From an uncultured Lentisphaerales bacterium (lineage in GTDB: Bacteria; Verrucomicrobiota; Lentisphaeria; JABSQK01; UBA12247), in NCBI GenBank assembly GCA_943788985.1, contig CALSSJ010000022.1, positions 156,059 to 220,058 of the forward strand: a stretch of DNA of 64,000 nucleotides. The letters run 5' to 3'. The translations under genes were made by a program, and so were the position numbers. The notes under the pieces are model-generated. The model saw only the letters and a list, made by a program, of their open reading frames with translations, made no database searches and was not told the origin of the DNA. This document shows, in pieces, positions 58,969-64,000 of the stretch (its first letter is position 1; each line of letters opens with the position of its first letter).

Positions 58969-61648
58969 GGGAGCCTGATTGTGGGGAGAATTGCAGGAGA
59001 ATGGAGACGATGCCCGTGGCGGGAATGGTGATTGAGACGGTGTGATTGGCCACTAAACACGGCTGCAGCAGATCCTCAACCGGGCTGATGCACCAGGCAG
59101 CCTGGAGCGGCCGCATCATGTCCAACGTACAGGTTTCCGCATCCGGGCCGTAGTTAATCAAGCGGCAAATCGTGCCGGTATGGTGTTTGGCCTGGTCGAT
59201 GGAGATGAGCCGCACCTTGGGGTTGTCTAGCCGCACCAAGGTCTCGGATTGTACAGCGGCGCAATGAGCCAGGGGCAGAAAGATCGGCTTGCGGGCAAAG
59301 GCATCGGCCATCTGGTAGGTCTGGGCATTGGTCTCGCCAGCGGAGGTGTAAAGCGCACAGTGGTAGCGAATGACGCCCTCTTGTGTGGTTGGGAAGTTCG
59401 TCTCCCAATAGTTGTTGCAGGCCCACGCCAGATGCAGGGGGCTGGCGGGCCGGGGAATGCGCGCTTGGGGTCTGCCAAAGTGAAAATCGCCGAATTGCGC
59501 CAGTGGAATGTCCGGCGCAAACACGCTGAACTGGTGCTTGTCGTCAGCCATGCGGGTGAACGCTTCGGCGGTGATCCAGCCGTTGCTGGTGCGATCGAGT
59601 TGCTGATCGTCGAGCTTGACCGGAATCCCAGACGAGTCGTACGTGGCCTCCCAATCGCTTTCCAGATTTAGCTGACTGACAAAGTAGATGGATTCTGCAG
59701 ATGGTACTTTGTCCTTGTGGAGGATGATTGAAACATCAATCCACGGGTGGTCGGGCGACAGGGTAAACTTCTGGATGATCCTCGATGCCCCCTCAAGGCT
59801 GACTTCGCGAATCAGGCTCAGGCTGCGTTCGCTGCGGTCGACGCGAACGCCATGAAAGGCCTGAATTCCGGTGCGGACTGCGCGCCAATCTTTCCAACAG
59901 GGCTCAAGCTTGGTCTCGATCTCGACCACACGATCGTAGTAGGACTTGCGTGAGGCATCAAACCGCGGATCGGGCTTCTCGTGAATCGGTTCGAAAAGGC
60001 CGTACTCAGCCCCTTCCGGGAGGACATCCCAGCTAGTTTTCTTATCCAGCAGGCGCACGATGCGCCCATTGGCCGGGTTGTATTCGAGCCGATGGAACTC
60101 GGTTTCGAGAACCCGAGTTCCACTGGTGCGCAACTCCGCATCGTGCCCGTCCAGTGCCTGGATGGCCACGGATTCTTCTACCGAGATGTCCTGAAGGCAG
60201 GCCGCTGGTTCGGGCGCTTTACACGCAGCCCATGGCAACCGCAGGGTGCTGAATGGCTCCAGCTCCAGGTCTATGGGGATGGTGCCTGCCTGGCTGGTGC
60301 GAAAGTCATCCTCGCCGACTAGCGTGTCGACCTCCGAGATCATGTAGGAAAACCCCTGGAGGCGGCCGAAGATGGCATCCTTCCAACGGGCAGGGAGGTT
60401 CAGAGTAAGGCGGCGTTTACGTGGGGATGGGTTGACTGCCAGCAGGCCCTCGGTTGTCGCCATCGCTGGATTTCCGGCGATATCGGACAGCCGACTGCCC
60501 AGGACGTAGCGAGCCATTTCCTGGCCATCATGAGCCACGTTTCGCTTGTACATCTCTGTGGTGATGACTTGCGGGTGCGAGGGCTGACTGGCGCAGGCCC
60601 AGTAGCCGAAGGTGTGCTCGTCGAACGTTACTGCCTGCTGCCAGGCCTGCGCTTGCAGCTGTTTCAGCCGTTCGTTTTCTGGCAGCTGCGTAGCCAGCAG
60701 CGCCGAGCTGAACAGCTTCTGTTTCGTGCTGGCGTTGATGGTCACTTCATGGGCAGCGGCGCCTGCGCCCACATTCCAGAAGTCACTCCAGTCGCCCACA
60801 AACGTGGGTAGCGCGGTGTCTGGAACACACGCGAGCCGTTCGGAGAATTGCTCGGGTGTGACGTACTCAATGCGCGGGTAGTCGGCGTGGGTGTTCCACT
60901 CGCGCACCTTTTCTGCGGTCATCAGGCTCGGGCCACCGTTGTCGTAGGCAACGGGCACGTTGGTAGACGAGAGAAACAGAAAGTCGTGGGGGTAGTCCAT
61001 TCCCTGTAAGTTCTCCCAGAATGCATCCATCGCTGCTTTCATCTCGACGACGGGGGATGTGCATGGCTGGGTGACGACATCGAAGGTGCTGTAGTGGTGG
61101 CCGCTAAAGACTTTGAGTGTGCGCCCGCTCGGCGTCTGCCAGTTGAAGACGCCAGGGCGAATGGGGCCGTTGCCACCGGTGTGCAGGTTGATTCCCATGA
61201 CCAGCAACTTCACGCCAGAGTCGATCAACAGATCGGACATGGCCCAGGGGATGCCATTGACATCGTGTTGAAAGGCGACCGTCCCAGGGATGCTCAGCTC
61301 CTGGCGGTACTGCCGTAGGTCCACCAGTTGCTTGCATAGCGATTCCAGCGAACTGAGCGGTGTGGTGTTGAACTGGATCGCGCCGACACCGATGCGTTCG
61401 TTGTGAATGTAGTGCTGCATGCGAGCCTGCTGGGCTGGCGTGCTGCTGGCCAGCCACTGCCGCAGCTGCTCATGTACTTCAATCGTCCAGCGTGGCTGGG
61501 ATGGGGCATCCCACTCTGCCGTGACATCCAGCACATCAAGCACATCATTGATGAAGTCGGTCTGCAACTGTTGAATGACGACCTGGCTGTGGGTGAATCC
61601 CACATCGTAATGGCTATGATGGAGGAGGTAAATATTCTTCAGCTTCAC
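58955..61648 (-). CDS. GH38-related alpha-mannosidase-like glycoside hydrolase
   Basis: HHSHYDVGFTH, DVNG, DNG, GDWSDFW, FDEHTFG, NNYWETNF. Confidence 0.75.
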   Translation of the reverse strand: MKLKNIYLLHHSHYDVGFTHSQVVIQQLQTDFINDVLDVLDVTAEWDAPSQPRWTIEVHEQLRQWLASSTPAQQARMQHYIHNERIGVGAIQFNTTPLSSLESLCKQLVDLRQYRQELSIPGTVAFQHDVNGIPWAMSDLLIDSGVKLLVMGINLHTGGNGPIRPGVFNWQTPSGRTLKVFSGHHYSTFDVVTQPCTSPVVEMKAAMDAFWENLQGMDYPHDFLFLSSTNVPVAYDNGGPSLMTAEKVREWNTHADYPRIEYVTPEQFSERLACVPDTALPTFVGDWSDFWNVGAGAAAHEVTINASTKQKLFSSALLATQLPENERLKQLQAQAWQQAVTFDEHTFGYWACASQPSHPQVITTEMYKRNVAHDGQEMARYVLGSRLSDIAGNPAMATTEGLLAVNPSPRKRRLTLNLPARWKDAIFGRLQGFSYMISEVDTLVGEDDFRTSQAGTIPIDLELEPFSTLRLPWAACKAPEPAACLQDISVEESVAIQALDGHDAELRTSGTRVLETEFHRLEYNPANGRIVRLLDKKTSWDVLPEGAEYGLFEPIHEKPDPRFDASRKSYYDRVVEIETKLEPCWKDWRAVRTGIQAFHGVRVDRSERSLSLIREVSLEGASRIIQKFTLSPDHPWIDVSIILHKDKVPSAESIYFVSQLNLESDWEATYDSSGIPVKLDDQQLDRTSNGWITAEAFTRMADDKHQFSVFAPDIPLAQFGDFHFGRPQARIPRPASPLHLAWACNNYWETNFPTTQEGVIRYHCALYTSAGETNAQTYQMADAFARKPIFLPLAHCAAVQSETLVRLDNPKVRLISIDQAKHHTGTICRLINYGPDAETCTLDMMRPLQAAWCISPVEDLLQPCLVANHTVSITIPATGIVSILLQFSPQSGSHETV

Positions 61649-61851
61649 AGTTCCGCTTCCTTCGTGGCCAGGTTAATTTTCGGCTTGATGGTGGCCTTAT
61701 TCAGGCGTCCCCCGTGAGGGCCGAGCCCAATCGTCATTAGGCGTGAACCATAGCAGATTCCCAGCCGAGCACAATGAGTCAGAATGCATCATTACTGGAT
61801 GAAAATTCCATCATTCTGCCCCCAGTCGGCACGGTCACTTTTTGGGGGAGA

Positions 61852-62217
61852 CTACGAACAGGGGTCGGATGGGATCAGCGGGTTGCACGAGCCATCCTCG
61901 TAGACGGGCTTCGGCCGCTGCGGGGTGCTGCCGTGCTCCACGTCACGCTCCACTGGTGTCGGCAACTCGGCGAGGACGTCTGCGAAGTCATAGCCAACCC
62001 GGTGGCAACGACCAACACGCCACCTCACTGGCGCCCGATACTTCCAGACCGTCTCGCCTTCCGGCGAAAGCTCGAACATCAGCTTATGGTCGGCCTCGTT
62101 AATCACGGTATAGCCGTTCCAGCAGGCATCGGCGCGATAGCGCGTGACGATGCTGTCGTCTTCCGCAGCAATCCCCCCTTCAGACAGATAGGGCTTAGGA
62201 TTCTCGCCGGTCATCAC
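61852..62217 (-). pseudogene. Short ORF resembling the C-terminus of an aryl-sulfate sulfotransferase (probable remnant)
   Basis: I.E....MFELSPEGETVWKY..P....R..RV.YD....L..LP.P.E; ATG overlaps the sulfatase stop; only 121 aa. Confidence 0.4.
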
Positions 62218-63692
62218 GGCGAATCCTTAGACTTCAGCTTCCGATTTTTGGCGAAGGTGGTGAAGTCAGCAAATAGCCGTTGGGCTCTTTCTGGATGGGA
62301 CTCGGACACATCATTCTCTTCAGCAAGATCATCAGCGAGGTTGTACAACTCGAACTGGGCAAGGCTCACGGAGCCCGCATCCTCATGCCTGTGGCGTGAG
62401 ACCAGCTTCCATTTTCCCTCTCGAATCGCATGCCGGCCGTTGACCATGGGCGGTCGCCGGTGGTGCTTCGCTGAATCCAGCAGAACGGGCAAGAAGCTAT
62501 GGCTGTCTGCGGCACTGCTCGGGTAGGCTTCAGCGAGATCGATCTGTAACAGTTCGCCAAGGGTGGCGAAGATATCGGTAAAGTTGATGATGCTATTGGT
62601 CTGGCGTTCTGGGGCGATTTGGCCGGGCCACGTGATCATGAATGGGACGCGATGACCGCCTTCCCAGGCATCTGACTTTCTTCCTCGCAACGGCCCGGAC
62701 GAGGCATGTCCAAGCGCTGCCATGGCTGCCACGGCCCAAGGCCCAGGCCCGTTATCACTGGTAAAGATCAAGAGGGTGTTTTTGTCGAGACCGGTCTCCT
62801 TCAACGCACGATTGATCTGCCCAACAACATCATCAAGTTGCATGATCACATCGCCATAATCGCCCAGCGTACTCTTGCCTTTGAACGCCGAGCTAGGCGC
62901 CCAAGGCTGGTGAGGCACAGGTGATGCGTAGTAGAGGAATAAGGGGGTGGCCGCCTCCAACGCGGCGTGGGCGTGAATCAGCTCAACTGCTGCCCGACAG
63001 AATCCTGAGCTCGCATCTTCTGGCTTATACCCGGGGGCCCTCATGACCTTGACAGCTAGTGTTTTCTCGCCCTCTCGCTGCTTGATAACAGTTGCCGTTT
63101 CAGTGGGAAGAGCGACGACGCTGCGGTCCCGGATATAGAACAGTGGCGATGCCCCCGGCGACGACGGGATGCCAAAGAACGAGTCAAATCCGTGATCCAG
63201 CGGTCCCCCCGCCAACGGCTTGGAAAAATCGAATGAGACCGTTCGGCCCTGCTTTTTATTCTCGAAACCAAGATGCCACTTGCCGATCATTTCTGTACGA
63301 TAGCCTTGGTCCCTGAGCAAGCGCGCGAGCGTGGCCTCATCTTTGTCGATAATGGGCCTTCCCGTTGCCAGCGAGGTGTTCTTCACCCCGGTACGGGCGG
63401 GGTTGATCCCGGTCAGTAGCCCGTATCGTGACGGCGTGCAGGTGCCGGAAGCCGAGTGGGCATCCGTAAACCGCAGCCCCTCTTTCGCGAGTTGGTCGAT
63501 GTGCGGCGTGGCGATCTTGGAGTCGGGGTTGTAGCAGGAGACATCCCCATAGCCCAAGTCATCGGCGAGAATGATGACGATGTTGGGCTTACGTCCCGCA
63601 AGCGGTTCTGCCTGTGCCAGGATCGTGCTTAGCAAGACTACGCATAAACAACAAACCAAAAGAGCCGACCAACTGAGTTTTCTCGCTATCAT
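62214..63692 (-). CDS. Formylglycine-dependent sulfatase (S1, arylsulfatase A-like)
   Basis: Signal peptide; PNIVIILADDLGYGD, CTPSRYGLLTG, GKWHLG, SDNG, EGGHRVP, LYNL..D..E. Confidence 0.95.
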   Translation of the reverse strand: MIARKLSWSALLVCCLCVVLLSTILAQAEPLAGRKPNIVIILADDLGYGDVSCYNPDSKIATPHIDQLAKEGLRFTDAHSASGTCTPSRYGLLTGINPARTGVKNTSLATGRPIIDKDEATLARLLRDQGYRTEMIGKWHLGFENKKQGRTVSFDFSKPLAGGPLDHGFDSFFGIPSSPGASPLFYIRDRSVVALPTETATVIKQREGEKTLAVKVMRAPGYKPEDASSGFCRAAVELIHAHAALEAATPLFLYYASPVPHQPWAPSSAFKGKSTLGDYGDVIMQLDDVVGQINRALKETGLDKNTLLIFTSDNGPGPWAVAAMAALGHASSGPLRGRKSDAWEGGHRVPFMITWPGQIAPERQTNSIINFTDIFATLGELLQIDLAEAYPSSAADSHSFLPVLLDSAKHHRRPPMVNGRHAIREGKWKLVSRHRHEDAGSVSLAQFELYNLADDLAEENDVSESHPERAQRLFADFTTFAKNRKLKSKDSP

Positions 63693-63707
63693 GTTCTCAG
63701 CACGACT

Positions 63708-64000
63708 TCATTCCCCGGTCGGAACCTGCAATGCTTCGAGAACAAGAGAGGCCAGTAAACGATTACCTGCCTTGCTCAGATGAACAGAATCCGAGGTCAG
63801 GATTCCCTTTGCCACATTCTCTGAGTTGTGCTCTCTCAGGTAGTTAATGAATGCCTTGCGCAGATCAAGCAACTGCGCGCCGCTCTCCGTGGCCACTTTC
63901 CGACTGATGTTCGAATACTCATCCAGTAGCTTGTCCGAGGGATTTTCCCCGTGAGCCTTTTCGCCAATCACCGTCGGCGTGCAAAGTATGACTCGCGCGC
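63708..64000 (-). CDS. SGNH/GDSL hydrolase, 5'-partial
   Basis: ILCTPTVIGEK and DSVHL...GN (DxxH block V); ORF runs off the window end. Confidence 0.75.
   Translation of the reverse strand, partial: ARVILCTPTVIGEKAHGENPSDKLLDEYSNISRKVATESGAQLLDLRKAFINYLREHNSENVAKGILTSDSVHLSKAGNRLLASLVLEALQVPTGE

Noticed and set aside
1..64000. CRISPR array or cas genes
   Set aside because: No regularly spaced direct repeats with unique spacers were seen; the repeats found are dispersed palindromes or a coding tandem duplication.

Overview
GC-rich bacterial chromosomal window. Gene content (sulfatase, BatA/VWA protein, GspG/GspF, RapA, DUF885, GH32 N-terminal domain) suggests a PVC-superphylum organism such as Lentisphaeria; this is inference only. 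Housekeeping blocks (tig-clpP-clpX-surA-rsmA, mreB-mutS, gnd, rapA, polA) alternate with accessory DNA. The accessory DNA includes a fructose/fructan-type ABC locus whose GH32 gene is truncated and fused to a GH99-like fragment, a 2211-bp IS1634-like element inserted in a gspG pseudopilin gene (CTAG duplication), two decayed toxin-antitoxin modules, a family of REP/REPIN-like palindromic repeats and a mannoside/sulfatase locus. The most interesting feature is a co-oriented six-gene cluster at 42.6-49.6 kb: Glu-less ALDH-fold reductase, chorismate-lyase-like protein, flavin-dependent halogenase-like protein, small membrane protein, PaaK-like aryl-CoA ligase and an extended DUF3179 protein. It looks like an uncharacterised pathway for a halogenated aromatic compound. 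Several genes are broken only by single-base indels, which are probably sequencing errors, while others carry real nonsense mutations. No rRNA, tRNA or CRISPR array was recognised. All family assignments come from motif recognition by eye; no database searches were run.
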